A DNA stretch of 42,315 nucleotides from a virus (taxonomy: Duplodnaviria > Caudoviricetes): the IMG/VR virus record IMGVR_UViG_3300037470_000665, positions 1-42,315 of that record; one strand, 5' to 3'. Of the stretch, positions 26,298-36,475 are shown in pieces. Position numbers and translations under genes: made by a program. Under the pieces are notes generated by a model. It had not been told where the DNA came from, searched no databases, and worked only from the letters and a program-made list of their open reading frames with translations. Every line of letters begins with the position of its first letter. The first letter of the stretch is position 1.

Positions 26298-27325
26298 TAG
26301 GTCAGCGTGGCTCGCTGCAGCATGCCAGGACGTGCCGCGATGAACAGCGGGTAGCTGTAAATCTCAACATCCGCCCACTGATCGCGGTCGCGATCGGGAA
26401 CAATCATCGGGTAGAAGGGCCGACCTTGTGTGTTCGCCCAGGTCATCGACTCACCAGGTGACATGGCCTGAACAAACGCGCCAGGTGCGCCGACCGGGAA
26501 GAACTTACACGTCCCAGCAGGGACCGTGAGAGTTGTCCCGTCGTCGGTGCCGCGGTAGTTAACGAACGTGATTTGACCGTACCGGACCTGATCGAACGCA
26601 TTGCCGACATCGTTCCGAAGCTGGCTGGCTTCCTGCTGATTCAGGTACGTCTGTCGAACCTCGGAGTGCGCGACGAGCGCATCGAAAAAATCGTCAGCGG
26701 CCAAACCAAACACCTGCGTCTGCGGCAACCACATTCCCTTCGCAGCTCGCATCGTTGCGCGCACAACCTGGTTGCACTTCACTCGCACAGCACCGCTCGC
26801 CGGGTTGGCGTTGTCCAGATCGAAGTCGATCACTCCAGGCTGAGCAATACCGAACTCGGTGAAGTAGTTCCGGATGGTCGATCCGTCAGCGTCAAGGACG
26901 ATGCCCTGAATAGCGCCCAGGCGCATATTCTCCCAGGTCAGCTCGACATCGTTTCGCACGCCCGTCATGCGGCGCATGACTTGATCCTGAATCTGTTCGA
27001 GCGCGGTAGTCGTGCCGAAATCCCTGACGTTCTGGATTTCCGAAGCCATGATTCGATCACCCTTCGCAACCCGGACCGTCCGGAAGTCATGTAGCGTGCG
27101 CGGGTCCTTGCCGCGCTGAGGCAAAGGTGCGCCCCGAGGCGTGGTCTGAACCAACGCCAGCGTACCTTCACGCTGCTCGATCGCAATCGTTTCCGTAGTG
27201 ACAGGGCGCTGCTCGAAGATGTTCAGGCTCCCAAGGTATTGCGGCTTGTACGGCACGAGCTCCAGCGCTTCCGTCAACTCGACAGTCCCGAAGGCGTCGT
27301 TGTTGAAGATGTCCAATGTAAGCAT
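26297..27325 (-). CDS. Major capsid protein (lambda E family)
   Basis: TPRGAP, ENMRLGAIQGIVLDADG, YSYPLFI; AGGAG SD. Confidence 0.92.
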   Translation of the reverse strand: MLTLDIFNNDAFGTVELTEALELVPYKPQYLGSLNIFEQRPVTTETIAIEQREGTLALVQTTPRGAPLPQRGKDPRTLHDFRTVRVAKGDRIMASEIQNVRDFGTTTALEQIQDQVMRRMTGVRNDVELTWENMRLGAIQGIVLDADGSTIRNYFTEFGIAQPGVIDFDLDNANPASGAVRVKCNQVVRATMRAAKGMWLPQTQVFGLAADDFFDALVAHSEVRQTYLNQQEASQLRNDVGNAFDQVRYGQITFVNYRGTDDGTTLTVPAGTCKFFPVGAPGAFVQAMSPGESMTWANTQGRPFYPMIVPDRDRDQWADVEIYSYPLFIAARPGMLQRATLT

Positions 27326-27368
27326 TTCAAAAACTCCTATTCAGATTGAAAGCGATGATGTGCCGCGA

Positions 27369-27734
27369 TCAGCGCATCAAGATGCCGAGGGCGACAAGTT
27401 GCGCAACGGCAGCAGCCGTCTCTGCCGTGCTGAGACCCGCGAACGTGAGCTCGCTCTCATTGACCTCCGCGTCACGAACAACAGCGACCGCTTGCGAATC
27501 ACTCGCACCAACGGTCTGGCCTTCCCAGAGAATCCCAGCAGCGGCCTCGGAGCCGTCCGACGCATCCGGGTCGACCGCGACGTACTTTCCGCCCGATGTG
27601 ATCTTTCCGAGGACCTGACCGGCAACGAGAGCGCCCTCGTTTGCGAGAAGCGTGATCTGCTCGCGAGAGCGAAGTCCGTTGGCTTCTGAAACGATGAAGC
27701 CGCCGGCGTGTTGACCTTCAGTGAGTGTCGTCAT
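27369..27734 (-). CDS. Head decoration protein (lambda D-like)
   Basis: SEANGLRSRE, GQVLGK, DGSEAAAGIL, RDAEV; GGAGG SD. Confidence 0.88.
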   Translation of the reverse strand: MTTLTEGQHAGGFIVSEANGLRSREQITLLANEGALVAGQVLGKITSGGKYVAVDPDASDGSEAAAGILWEGQTVGASDSQAVAVVRDAEVNESELTFAGLSTAETAAAVAQLVALGILMR

Positions 27735-29073
27735 TGCATTTTCCTCCATGCTTAACGATGGTGTTACGCCACGCACCGGGAAGTTTCCCTGGCTCGTTGC
27801 GGCCGTTTAGTTTTGGCAAAGTGGTCGAAATTTCTTGTTCACGCCTTGTCTTGTCTTCGAGCAGATCGGCTTTCACCTCATCGATCGAGACATTGCGGGA
27901 TACGAACTTGGCTGCCTTGTCGCCGGCGCTCATCAGCGCGCACGCAGCAACCACATCAACGGCGTGTTTCACGCGTGCGTCGATCTGGTGCTCTGCAATC
28001 TCCGCTTGCAGCAGCGCCTGCCGAACGTCGACTGGAAGTTCAGCCGCCATCACTGCGGTCGTGGCAATCCCCTTGATCCGGTCTGCTTCAGCCTTGGATT
28101 CCTCAGCAGCTGCCACGGCGGCACGCGCCTCCTCAGCCTTCCGTTTCTCCTCGGCGCGAGCGAGGCTGGATTCGTCTTCATTGCCAACCTTGGACAAATG
28201 TTCAATTGCGTCGTCGAGCGTGCCAATCTGATCGGCGAGCTTTTTGGCGACGCCGTCTTCGCCACAGTAGGTCAGCGCTTCTGTCTTCCGGATCACGTCA
28301 GCATCGATGCCTCGATACTTTTCAACGGATGCAACGAACAGTGTGTACGTCTGATCGATGTCTGCCTGGGCTCTGGCCTTCGCATCTTCTGACAGCTCGA
28401 AGTGAGGACTGAAATCGACCTTATGGGCGCCGGCATAGATTGGGGTGACCTTGACGCCGATATTCTCGTTGTAGGCGCTCTGGTCGTAATGAAAACCGAC
28501 GACGCCGATCGAGCCGACACCCGAGGTCCGAGTCACCCAGACATACTCGGCAGCCGCCGCGATGGCATAGGCAGCGGAGTAGGCTATGTCGTCGACGACC
28601 GCATGGATCGGTTTGACCTGGCGCGCTTCGTAGATGTGGTCCGTAAAATCGAACAGTCCGCTGACCAGCCCTCCAGGACTATCCATCCGGAGAATGATCG
28701 CTTTCACCGTGCTGTCGGAAACGAGTTCGTCGAACGTTTCGGCCAGCGCCTCGTAGCTCTGCGGGCCCGGGCCAGAAGGACCGGCCGTGGGCCGGCTCAC
28801 CAGCGCGCCTGAGATGTTCATCACCGCGATGCGGCCTGACGACTGCATGAATCCCGCCTGCCCTTCTGCAGCCGCCGACGGGATCGCATGAAACGTAGTG
28901 AGCGCTTTCTGCGGATAGTCAACCGCCCCGTGCATGTAGGCCTGCAGCAGGCTTTCGCCAATCGCCGGGTGAATCAGCAACGGTCGGTTCAGCGCGAGTG
29001 AATACAGCTGCGTGATGACGGCGTTTTCTGTGCGGCGCGCGAATCGCGCGAGAATGTTCCATTTGCTTGGCAT
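27718..29073 (-). CDS. S49 prohead protease with scaffold-like C-terminus
   Basis: DSPGG, AYSAAYAIA, GSIGV, AGAHKVD. Confidence 0.92.
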   Translation of the reverse strand: MPSKWNILARFARRTENAVITQLYSLALNRPLLIHPAIGESLLQAYMHGAVDYPQKALTTFHAIPSAAAEGQAGFMQSSGRIAVMNISGALVSRPTAGPSGPGPQSYEALAETFDELVSDSTVKAIILRMDSPGGLVSGLFDFTDHIYEARQVKPIHAVVDDIAYSAAYAIAAAAEYVWVTRTSGVGSIGVVGFHYDQSAYNENIGVKVTPIYAGAHKVDFSPHFELSEDAKARAQADIDQTYTLFVASVEKYRGIDADVIRKTEALTYCGEDGVAKKLADQIGTLDDAIEHLSKVGNEDESSLARAEEKRKAEEARAAVAAAEESKAEADRIKGIATTAVMAAELPVDVRQALLQAEIAEHQIDARVKHAVDVVAACALMSAGDKAAKFVSRNVSIDEVKADLLEDKTRREQEISTTLPKLNGRNEPGKLPGAWRNTIVKHGGKCNDDTH

Positions 29074-29076
29074 TGG

Positions 29077-30732
29077 TCAGTCCTCTTCGGTGTCTTCGTC
29101 CGGGTCCGTATTGCGATCCGGATCATCGGAGTCGCTCTCTTCGTCGTCTTCGTCGTCATCGACATCGTCCGCGCCGCGCTTTTTCACGTCGGTCGGCGGG
29201 ATCTCTGTACCTGCCGGTCGAGCCTGTGTCAGTCCGGCGCCGGACGTCTTTCGACCGTCGCTGTCGTACACCAGGCCGAGTTTGTCGGCGCGCTCGTTGT
29301 CTTCAGCGTTCCGCCGATCGAGCTCCTCGGGGTCCTCTCCGTTCCGGAGATTGACATCCGATCGCGTATCGAGACCTGCGCGGATCGCCTTGATGTCGGC
29401 GCTGACGTCCTGCACTGGGTGGCTGTACGGCCAGCCCTGCGGCACCCAAAGCGTGTCAACAATCTCCGGCCGTTGCTCCGCGTAGTCCGGAATCACCAAT
29501 GCATTGGACATCCAAGACATATCGAAGAAACGGGTTCGCACCGGCTGGCAGAACTTCGGGATGAACGTCAGCCACTGACGCATCTCGATCGTCCGCTTGA
29601 ACTCATTCAGGATAAGCTTCAGCGCGCGGTCCGATATATTCCTCAAGTCTCCGGTCACAACTTCATAAGGCACGCCGTTCCGCGCGCAAATCGCCAGCAA
29701 CTGCATCCGATAGAACTCGCCCAAGTCGGCACTCGGTGCCGGCGGATTCGAAAACTTCGGCTCAACACCGTCCGGCAGTTCCTGCCCGGTTCCAGGCTCG
29801 AGGCCTGCCAGAGGCACATCGTCGTCATCAAGATCCTGGTCGCCGTCTTCGTCATACGACATCTCGTCAATGAGACTCTCCGGATTCTCCGGATCTGTCT
29901 TGCGCGTGTAGAAGAGGGTGAACAGATTCGCGATCTTCTGACGCTCGAGCACCGCGTCATCGAGGCTGTCCAGATTGAACATGCGAAGCAGCACGGAAAC
30001 AGAATCTGGAAGACCCCGAATTTGTCCGGCACGCAGCGGCCGATAGAGGTGAATCACCTCCTCAGCTGGCACGCGAACGTATTCGTTGCCACGATTGAAG
30101 AACATCGTGTCGCCTGGATGCTCTTTCCAGAACCAATAGGCGACGCGCTTGCCTATGAGATTGAACTCAACGCCAGCGCGCACCGGGTTGCCGTTGCTGG
30201 CGGTCGTGTAAAGATCCGCCGGGCACTGCTCAGACTCGATCAACTGAACCTGGAACGGAACTGCGAGACCATCCGATGGGCGGCGTGTTCGAAATCTGGC
30301 GAAGACCTCACCGACCTCGTGCCACTCGTGCCAGGCGAGCAACTGCAGTCCGTACCAGTCGAGCCCACCGTCGGCGTCGACCTCCTTAATGAAACGATTC
30401 CAGACCTGCTTCGATGCCTTCTTCAGGGCATCGGAGCCGTTCACCATCTTTGCCTGAATACCGGTGGCGATTCCGTTCGAATCCAGCTTGTCGAGGATCG
30501 CTCCGGCCCAAGGGTCGTTCCTTGCCGCTGCCCGCGTCCTCGAGCGAATCAACGCCTGCTCGCGCGTCACCGACACATTCGGGCCGCTGGCCGGCGGTCG
30601 CCACATATGCAGGCGCCTGCCCTGGCCACCTGCGTGATAGATCGGCTGCCGCTCCGAACGTGGCACCGTAAACCCGTCCGACTGCGCAGCCATTCCCTGC
30701 TGCGGCGTAATCAGCGTCCAATCCTTCACCAT
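29077..30732 (-). CDS. Portal protein (lambda family)
   Basis: GEVFAR, QLIESEQ, RAGQIRG, YEVVTGD; acidic C-terminal tail. Confidence 0.93.
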   Translation of the reverse strand: MVKDWTLITPQQGMAAQSDGFTVPRSERQPIYHAGGQGRRLHMWRPPASGPNVSVTREQALIRSRTRAAARNDPWAGAILDKLDSNGIATGIQAKMVNGSDALKKASKQVWNRFIKEVDADGGLDWYGLQLLAWHEWHEVGEVFARFRTRRPSDGLAVPFQVQLIESEQCPADLYTTASNGNPVRAGVEFNLIGKRVAYWFWKEHPGDTMFFNRGNEYVRVPAEEVIHLYRPLRAGQIRGLPDSVSVLLRMFNLDSLDDAVLERQKIANLFTLFYTRKTDPENPESLIDEMSYDEDGDQDLDDDDVPLAGLEPGTGQELPDGVEPKFSNPPAPSADLGEFYRMQLLAICARNGVPYEVVTGDLRNISDRALKLILNEFKRTIEMRQWLTFIPKFCQPVRTRFFDMSWMSNALVIPDYAEQRPEIVDTLWVPQGWPYSHPVQDVSADIKAIRAGLDTRSDVNLRNGEDPEELDRRNAEDNERADKLGLVYDSDGRKTSGAGLTQARPAGTEIPPTDVKKRGADDVDDDEDDEESDSDDPDRNTDPDEDTEED

Positions 30733-30944
30733 CAGATGCCTTTGCCCTTCTGATAAAGACGGAACGTTCGTCGGCGGCGAGATCCTGCTGCTACATCGAG
30801 CTCACGCTTCATCTGCTGCCGAAGTGAGCGCATATCGCTCAGGCTGTTGTAGGTCACGCTTCGCCCGTCGCGGTGGCGGACCGTCAACACACCACTGGCG
30901 ATCGCTTCTTCCAGCGCCGCAAGTTGTTCCGTTGTGTAGGCCAT
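30732..30944 (-). CDS. gpW-like head-tail adaptor
   Basis: LAALEEAIASGVLTV...SVTYNSLSDM. Confidence 0.85.
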   Translation of the reverse strand: MAYTTEQLAALEEAIASGVLTVRHRDGRSVTYNSLSDMRSLRQQMKRELDVAAGSRRRRTFRLYQKGKGI

Positions 30945-30947
30945 TCG

Positions 30948-33005
30948 TCACCTTCGTTGCAGGTAGTTGCTACGGGCGCTGCGTAGACGCTTTCGCTTCT
31001 TTCGCTTCGCCCGCCGCGGTGTAGTCGGTTCTGGTTCGTCCGGTGGGCCACTGGCAGCAGCTGACGCCTGCTTCTTCGGCGCAACCTCATCAGGCGGCGT
31101 CTTTTCCGCTCGACGCTTTTCTACCAGCGCCGCGAGCTGGTTGAGATCGACGCCACGGCCGATCATCACGGCATACGCGTAGTTCCAGCAGTCCTGCGCT
31201 TCCTGCCGACTGCCGAGTTTCTTCGGTCGCCACATGGCCACTCGACGGCCGTTCGTCTTCTTGTAAATCTTCGTTTCGCTGACAAACTGTTCACACCAGT
31301 CGTCATCAACCGACAACGGTAAGTGAATGTAGCCTGGCTTCGGCTCGCCGGGGTCCGGTGGCGTGATCTTCGCCAGTCGGCCGTACAAGAGATCCTTGAT
31401 CGTGTCGACGCCGACGCTGTAGATGTCGGCCTTCGAGAGCTTCGTTTTTCCGGGCTTGCGCGGCCACACCAGTCGACCAACACCGCCAACACCGCGAACA
31501 GCGTGCACTCGCTCGAACCGATATCGATGGCAGTAGTTCGCCACGTGCTGACCATAGTGGCCGCCGAAGTCGACGCCAGTGCCCTGCACGCTGAGGGTCC
31601 GTCCATCCTCGGTGTGAAACCGCTGCCGGCGATAGGTCGTCAGCTCTTTCCACACGCCCTTCGTCGGCGCAACACCTGGATCACCGCGGAACACTTTGTG
31701 CTCGAGGACCCAGGACTCTTCGTCAGCGCCCCAGCCCACGAGCTCTACCTCGAGCCGATCATCTTGCGTATCAGCGCCGACAGTCACCATTACGATGCCT
31801 GGCGGCAAGACTTCCGCGTCGTAAGACTCACGGCGAGCCGCGAGACCGGCCGGCTCAATCGACCTGGCCGTATCCTCCCAAGTCTCGCCGAGGCTCTCGT
31901 TGACCCATTGCTGAAGTGTCTCCGGTAGTTTTTTCGCCTCAACGAACGAAGCGGCCATCTCTCCCATGGAGACCAGCGGCGACATCAGTTCGTGGACGTG
32001 AAAGCCTGCGATTCCGTTAAACTCTTTCGCGGCAATCACTTCGTACTTCGGCAGCATCTCCTTGCGCTGCCCTTCGTCAATCACTCCGCCGCAATGCACA
32101 CACTGGTAGACCGCCTGCTCCGGCGGCAGGCCGAATTCAGTCCATTTGACTTGCGGCCAAACCAGCCGCTGAAGTTTGCCGCAGTGCGGACAGGGGTAAT
32201 GGAAATATCGCTGATCAGAACCGTCGAAGCCCGCCTCCACCCGCGACTGCCCCTTTATCGTCGGCGTCGAGCCGGCAATGATTACGCGATTCCAAAATGC
32301 GGCCGTCCGCTTCCTCGCTCGAGCAAACGGATCGCCCTCCGATCCTGCCGATGCGGGATAGCCATCGATTTCATCGCACAGCAACACTCGAATCGGCCGG
32401 CTTCGCAAGCCGGTCGGCGAGTTGGCGCCGACGAGCGTGAGATGGCCACCGGGGAATCGCTTGTGCGATAGGGTGTTGCCTGAGTCGCGCGACCGCGGAT
32501 CAGCAATCTTCCCGGTCAGCGCCGATGTGTCTCGCACCATGGGCGCAAGACGGTCCTTGCTGAAGGCCTCGGCGAGTTCGAGCGTCGGCTGTATCAACAT
32601 GATCGGCGCCGGATCGAGGTCGACGAAGTAGCCGATGACGTTAAGCAAAAACTCAGTCAGCCCAACCTGGGCTGATTTCATCAACCAGATCTCGCGCACC
32701 AACGGATCCGTAACAGCGTCCATAATCGGACGCAGGTGCGGCATCCGCGACGTTCGCCACTGGCCTGGCTCAGCGCTACTTTCGCTGCTTAACTTTCTTT
32801 CGGCGTCGGACCACTCGCTTACCGTTAGGTTTGGCGGGGGCCTCAGCAGGCTGAACATCTCCCGCGCCGTCTGACGCGAGTTCTCCCAACTCTGACGATC
32901 CCCCAGGATCGGGGCCCGAGTCGAAATCAGCGAGGTCTGCGAGACACTCGTTGTGCTCTCTATCGATATGCTCTCTAGCAAGTTTCGGGTTTCCCGGGTT
33001 TGCAA
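30948..33005 (-). CDS. terL: Terminase large subunit (lambda gpA family); true start probably downstream of 33005
   Basis: KSAQVGLT (Walker A), LLCDEIDGY (Walker B), GSTPT, CPHC, GADTQDDR, EAQDC. Confidence 0.95.
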   Translation of the reverse strand: MQTRETRNLLESISIESTTSVSQTSLISTRAPILGDRQSWENSRQTAREMFSLLRPPPNLTVSEWSDAERKLSSESSAEPGQWRTSRMPHLRPIMDAVTDPLVREIWLMKSAQVGLTEFLLNVIGYFVDLDPAPIMLIQPTLELAEAFSKDRLAPMVRDTSALTGKIADPRSRDSGNTLSHKRFPGGHLTLVGANSPTGLRSRPIRVLLCDEIDGYPASAGSEGDPFARARKRTAAFWNRVIIAGSTPTIKGQSRVEAGFDGSDQRYFHYPCPHCGKLQRLVWPQVKWTEFGLPPEQAVYQCVHCGGVIDEGQRKEMLPKYEVIAAKEFNGIAGFHVHELMSPLVSMGEMAASFVEAKKLPETLQQWVNESLGETWEDTARSIEPAGLAARRESYDAEVLPPGIVMVTVGADTQDDRLEVELVGWGADEESWVLEHKVFRGDPGVAPTKGVWKELTTYRRQRFHTEDGRTLSVQGTGVDFGGHYGQHVANYCHRYRFERVHAVRGVGGVGRLVWPRKPGKTKLSKADIYSVGVDTIKDLLYGRLAKITPPDPGEPKPGYIHLPLSVDDDWCEQFVSETKIYKKTNGRRVAMWRPKKLGSRQEAQDCWNYAYAVMIGRGVDLNQLAALVEKRRAEKTPPDEVAPKKQASAAASGPPDEPEPTTPRRAKRKKRKRLRSARSNYLQRR

Positions 33006-33453
33006 GCGGCGCTACCTTCGACCCTGCCGCGCGTAGCCTTGCCCTGATTGCCTGGAGCCCCTTGCTCATGGCTTCCGCCATGTGCTGAGTCGTGACCAGA
33101 GAGCCACGCGCCAGCGCGTTCTCGATCTCGATCTTGTCGGCGCGAGCTCTATGCTCGCGGGCCGCCTCGTACTTCGGATCAATTTCATCGTTCGATTCGG
33201 CCTTCGATGTCGAAGCAACCTTCAACTCGTCGCGCAACGATTCGTTTTCAGATTCGAGCGGGGCCAATTTTCGTTTGATCGCAAGCTCGTACACTTTCGG
33301 CCAGAAATAGAACGCCTCTCGACCGCGACGCTCGTCCGGCGAGACCCCCCACTTGCTAAAGGCCTGCGTGGAAATCCCTATCAATGATGCCGTTGTCTTT
33401 TGGTTAAAAAGCAAACTCGGATCGAAGTCGGTATCAACTAATCGATCGGCCAT
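32776..33453 (-). CDS. terS: Terminase small subunit (Nu1-like)
   Basis: N-terminal HTH (ASLIGISTQAFSKW); RARADKIEIEN...GSLV. Confidence 0.82.
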   Translation of the reverse strand: MADRLVDTDFDPSLLFNQKTTASLIGISTQAFSKWGVSPDERRGREAFYFWPKVYELAIKRKLAPLESENESLRDELKVASTSKAESNDEIDPKYEAAREHRARADKIEIENALARGSLVTTQHMAEAMSKGLQAIRARLRAAGSKVAPLANPGNPKLAREHIDREHNECLADLADFDSGPDPGGSSELGELASDGAGDVQPAEAPAKPNGKRVVRRRKKVKQRK

Positions 33454-33566
33454 TTCTCTTCCTGACCAAAAAACAACAACCGGTGGCCCTTAGCGGTTCT
33501 GGCGCTAGCGGACGATTGTGGTCCGAATAACCCTCACGTCACCGTTCCCTGAGGGATCCCTCAGCT
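33454..33566. other. Probable cos/packaging-initiation region
   Basis: Intergenic gap directly upstream of terS in a lambda-type packaging module; contains the perfect palindrome CTGAGGGATCCCTCAG (33549-33564). Confidence 0.45.
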
Positions 33567-34379
33567 TTATTTCCTAGCGGTCGCCAGTGCGCGCCTTAGC
33601 GCAGCAGGCCATGCGCGCAGAAATCTGCGGCGACCTTCCTGCTGTGCTAATCGATAAAAGTCAAACTGCTTTGAGTACGTCGGCAAGTCGACAAACAGCA
33701 GCACCGGCTTTATGCCTCGAGCGACTTTCTTCCGACCTACCGGCAACCCGCCGTACTTGCGCTTGGCTTGTCTGCGTCCACCCTGGCGCTGGTAGATACC
33801 TCTCGGCAGATGGCCGTCACGCGCATTGCCGCGAACAACAAAGTACTCGGCACGTCCCGCTTTAGTTCCACGTGCGCGCGATGCGGCAGTGATATTGGCG
33901 CTGAACCCTTCTTCACCAAAGGCCTTAACGCCGGACAGTATTCGCGTGATTTGCCCGCCAGTCAGATTGCCAAAACGATTAAGTTTGATTCCAGTTCGAG
34001 AAGCGGGTATCCAGCCCTCTCCCCTCGAGATGATGCCGCGACGCGCCAGCACACTCTCAGATCGTTTCTGTCGACGACGTTGTCCTCGGATCAATGCCTT
34101 CAGATACATCTTCGGAGATGTACCTTTCGGTGCATCATCGCTGATGTACACACTGGAAGCAGGGCTCAGCTTGTTTCCCTTTTTATACCGCACACCCCGA
34201 ACGGTGAACGGAGTCGGATCGTCCAGATACAGCGGCAGCGCCTGCTGCAGCGTTCTCGCTGTTTCGAATGCGGCCTGGTTGGCCGCCAGAGAGCGGGCGA
34301 AAGGCAGTTGCTCCCGTTCCAGCCTCGTCAGCCTCTTCTCGAGAACCGTGGTGTCGATCACCACGTCGAAAGAAGTCAC
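33567..34379 (-). CDS. Basic phage morphogenesis protein (tail completion/Z-like)
   Basis: QLPFARSLAAN, DPTPFT, RQKRSE, NRFGNL, FDFY...ALATAR; typical gene preceding cos. Confidence 0.7.
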   Translation of the reverse strand: MTSFDVVIDTTVLEKRLTRLEREQLPFARSLAANQAAFETARTLQQALPLYLDDPTPFTVRGVRYKKGNKLSPASSVYISDDAPKGTSPKMYLKALIRGQRRRQKRSESVLARRGIISRGEGWIPASRTGIKLNRFGNLTGGQITRILSGVKAFGEEGFSANITAASRARGTKAGRAEYFVVRGNARDGHLPRGIYQRQGGRRQAKRKYGGLPVGRKKVARGIKPVLLFVDLPTYSKQFDFYRLAQQEGRRRFLRAWPAALRRALATARK

Positions 34380-34380
34380 G

Positions 34381-34719
34381 TCAGTACAGCAGTGTCACCG
34401 ACGTCGCGTCAGTTCCAGAATCGCAAATCAACCTCGGTGACATTGGATAGACAGCACCAGCCACTACTGTGGTTGACTTACACGACGATCCGTCATCTCC
34501 CCACGGTATGGCTGCAAGCGTTCCGGATACATTGGCAATCATTGCGCGTGGCTGCCGAGTGAACGTCGTGGAGTCGTTCGGCACTATAACGTCCCAGTCT
34601 TGGGCGAATGCAGTCACGTTCTGAAGCTGGGCCACCGCAGGTTCGGCGGAAAGAAATATATTAGCTGTCACAACAACCAATAGCATCGCTGTGAAAGCCA
34701 CCGTGCGTTTAATTGTCAT
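34381..34719 (-). CDS. RcGTA Rcc01079-like head-spike base protein with signal peptide
   Basis: IVPNDST...PRAM...GTLA...AGAVYPM...GTDATSVTLLY matches the spike-base pattern; N-terminal hydrophobic leader ending AVA. Confidence 0.65.
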   Translation of the reverse strand: MTIKRTVAFTAMLLVVVTANIFLSAEPAVAQLQNVTAFAQDWDVIVPNDSTTFTRQPRAMIANVSGTLAAIPWGDDGSSCKSTTVVAGAVYPMSPRLICDSGTDATSVTLLY

Positions 34720-34916
34720 AGTGAGATTCCTATATCAATAGCAATTACATTGCTCCCCGGCGCGCTGCCGCCGCCACAGCTTGCCTCGAAATAGAAGCCG
34801 TCCGCGTAGAACGAGGTGTCGTAAAAACCCGCGCCGTAGAACCCATCGCACTCAAGGCTGGCATTGCCAGCCGAGACCCACACGACGGACAGAATGCCGA
34901 TTGCAAATTTCCTCAC
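34716..34916 (-). CDS. Small exported peptide with FY repeats
   Basis: GTG overlaps the upstream TGA; MRKFAIGILSVVWVSAGNA leader; GFYGAGFYDTSFYADGFY; ends IDIGISL. Confidence 0.6.
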   Translation of the reverse strand: MRKFAIGILSVVWVSAGNASLECDGFYGAGFYDTSFYADGFYFEASCGGGSAPGSNVIAIDIGISL

Positions 34917-35857
34917 GGCGTAATCACTGCTTCGCAACCGGACGCATCCTGCAACTCATAGGCAAGCCCGCTCACGTCTCCCGTCAGATCGGGCCGAAAA
35001 TTTAGGGTGTCGGTAGCTGCAACGAAAGCGTAGACGCAAGCCGATTGTCCGAGCAACGCGCCTGAAGTCACTTTGAATAGCTTGCCGTGCCAGTGGTCAT
35101 CCACTTCGGTCAGGCCAGCGTCAACACAGGTCGAGGCCGATCCGCTAGCGCATACGCCCTCGGCGACTTGATGCAACGCGAGCAGCGCCGCAGCACCGCT
35201 GCCAGCCACAGAGTCGTGATCTGCCAGATCCTCTTCCCAAACCGCATCGGCGTTAGCATCCGCATCGGGCAAACTGCCGACTGCGCTTGCGACTGAACTC
35301 AGCGCGCTATCATGCGATGACAAATTCGCTGCGGTGGCAAGGCCCGCCGCAGTAATCCTGGCATCGATCAGGTCAGACAGGTCTGGCCCTGTTGCGAACT
35401 CCTGCGAGATCCGGACTACCTTGGTAATCAAGGTCGAACCGCCGTCGCCAATCGAGATTAACAGCGCCTTCGAGCCTGTGACCCCGTTAACCTCGTCACG
35501 AATGTGAAGACGAGGACACCCCTGCGAGTCCTGATCCACCTCGATCGCACTGGTCGTCGGATCGCCCCACGCACCAGTCCCGGGGCCGTCATCGATGTTG
35601 GCGCCGGTGTAAGCGAACTCGGTCAGTGCGGTGCCCGCTGCTGTCTCGGCAACGATATTGATCGCAAGCGACGCGTAATCGAAATCCACATCGGCAATCG
35701 ATTCCGGCGCGGCAACCGTGTTGAGGCAGACAATCGGTAGAATCTGGCTGGTCGAATCAAGCTCCAGATACCCAATGATCGCCTGACCGTTGGCGAGAGG
35801 CGCGGCCAGCACCATCAGAAATGCACAAATCAATCTATTTGGAATTACACCGTTCAC
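34913..35857 (-). CDS. Exported acidic structural-like protein
   Basis: GTG 35857; signal NRLICAFLMVLAAPLANG; ADAVWEE and DDHWHGKLFKVTSG motifs like phage fibre/decoration proteins. Confidence 0.65.
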   Translation of the reverse strand: MNGVIPNRLICAFLMVLAAPLANGQAIIGYLELDSTSQILPIVCLNTVAAPESIADVDFDYASLAINIVAETAAGTALTEFAYTGANIDDGPGTGAWGDPTTSAIEVDQDSQGCPRLHIRDEVNGVTGSKALLISIGDGGSTLITKVVRISQEFATGPDLSDLIDARITAAGLATAANLSSHDSALSSVASAVGSLPDADANADAVWEEDLADHDSVAGSGAAALLALHQVAEGVCASGSASTCVDAGLTEVDDHWHGKLFKVTSGALLGQSACVYAFVAATDTLNFRPDLTGDVSGLAYELQDASGCEAVITP

Positions 35858-35886
35858 TTCATCACCATCCTGATTACGTGTTAAAC

Positions 35887-35927
35887 ACCCCAGTGGGGTT
35901 GACAGGCTGCCCCCAACGGGGTAATCT
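35887..35927 (+). promoter_or_regulatory. Sigma70 promoter with two operator-like palindromes
   Basis: TTGACA (35899-35904), 17 bp, TAATCT (35922-35927); CCCCAGTGGGG and CCCCAACGGGG. Confidence 0.75.
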
Positions 35928-35981
35928 AGACCCACGGTAGGGATAACCCTGCCGCCGCGCCTCGGGACCAGGGGCAGAGAG

Positions 35982-36245
35982 ATGAAAATGTTCACCGAAG
36001 AAAACACCAACGGATACACCGCCGCTCAACTCGCCGCGCTCAATGCAGCGCTCACTCGCCGATTGATCGGCGTGGAGCCCGGCTCGGATGAGGCGATCCA
36101 AATCGAAAAGGAGTTCGCCGATCAAATCGGCCACGCCGCCGAGGAATCTATCGAGGCGTACAACACTGCGGCACTGGCCGGGTTCACGCAGGAACAGTGC
36201 GATGCCGAACAACTCGCCGCGCTCGGCGAAATTCTTGCGCGATGA
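35982..36245 (+). CDS. Hypothetical acidic protein (moron)
   Basis: Downstream of the promoter; coupled to the HTH gene. Confidence 0.7.
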   Translation: MKMFTEENTNGYTAAQLAALNAALTRRLIGVEPGSDEAIQIEKEFADQIGHAAEESIEAYNTAALAGFTQEQCDAEQLAALGEILAR

Positions 36246-36475
36246 CCAACCACCCCAACCGATCCCGGCGCACGGACGCACCGGGGCGGACACCGAAACC
36301 AGATGAGATCCGCGCAGCCCGTGAGGCTGCCGGGCTCTCACGCCTCGACGCCGCTGCATTGATCTACCGCTCCGTGCGCGGCTGGGAAAAATTCGAGAGC
36401 GGCGAACGGCCGCTTGATCCCGCGCTGTGGGAGCTGTGGCTCCTGAAAATTCAGGCGCGGGAGTCAACGATATAA
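36242..36475 (+). CDS. XRE-family HTH regulator
   Basis: MTNHPNRS...EIRAAREAAGLS...WEKFESGER...LWELW. Confidence 0.82.
   Translation: MTNHPNRSRRTDAPGRTPKPDEIRAAREAAGLSRLDAAALIYRSVRGWEKFESGERPLDPALWELWLLKIQARESTI

Noticed and set aside
29080-29170. TCG/TCT-rich low-complexity tract as a repeat element
   Set aside because: It encodes the acidic C-terminal tail of the portal protein.
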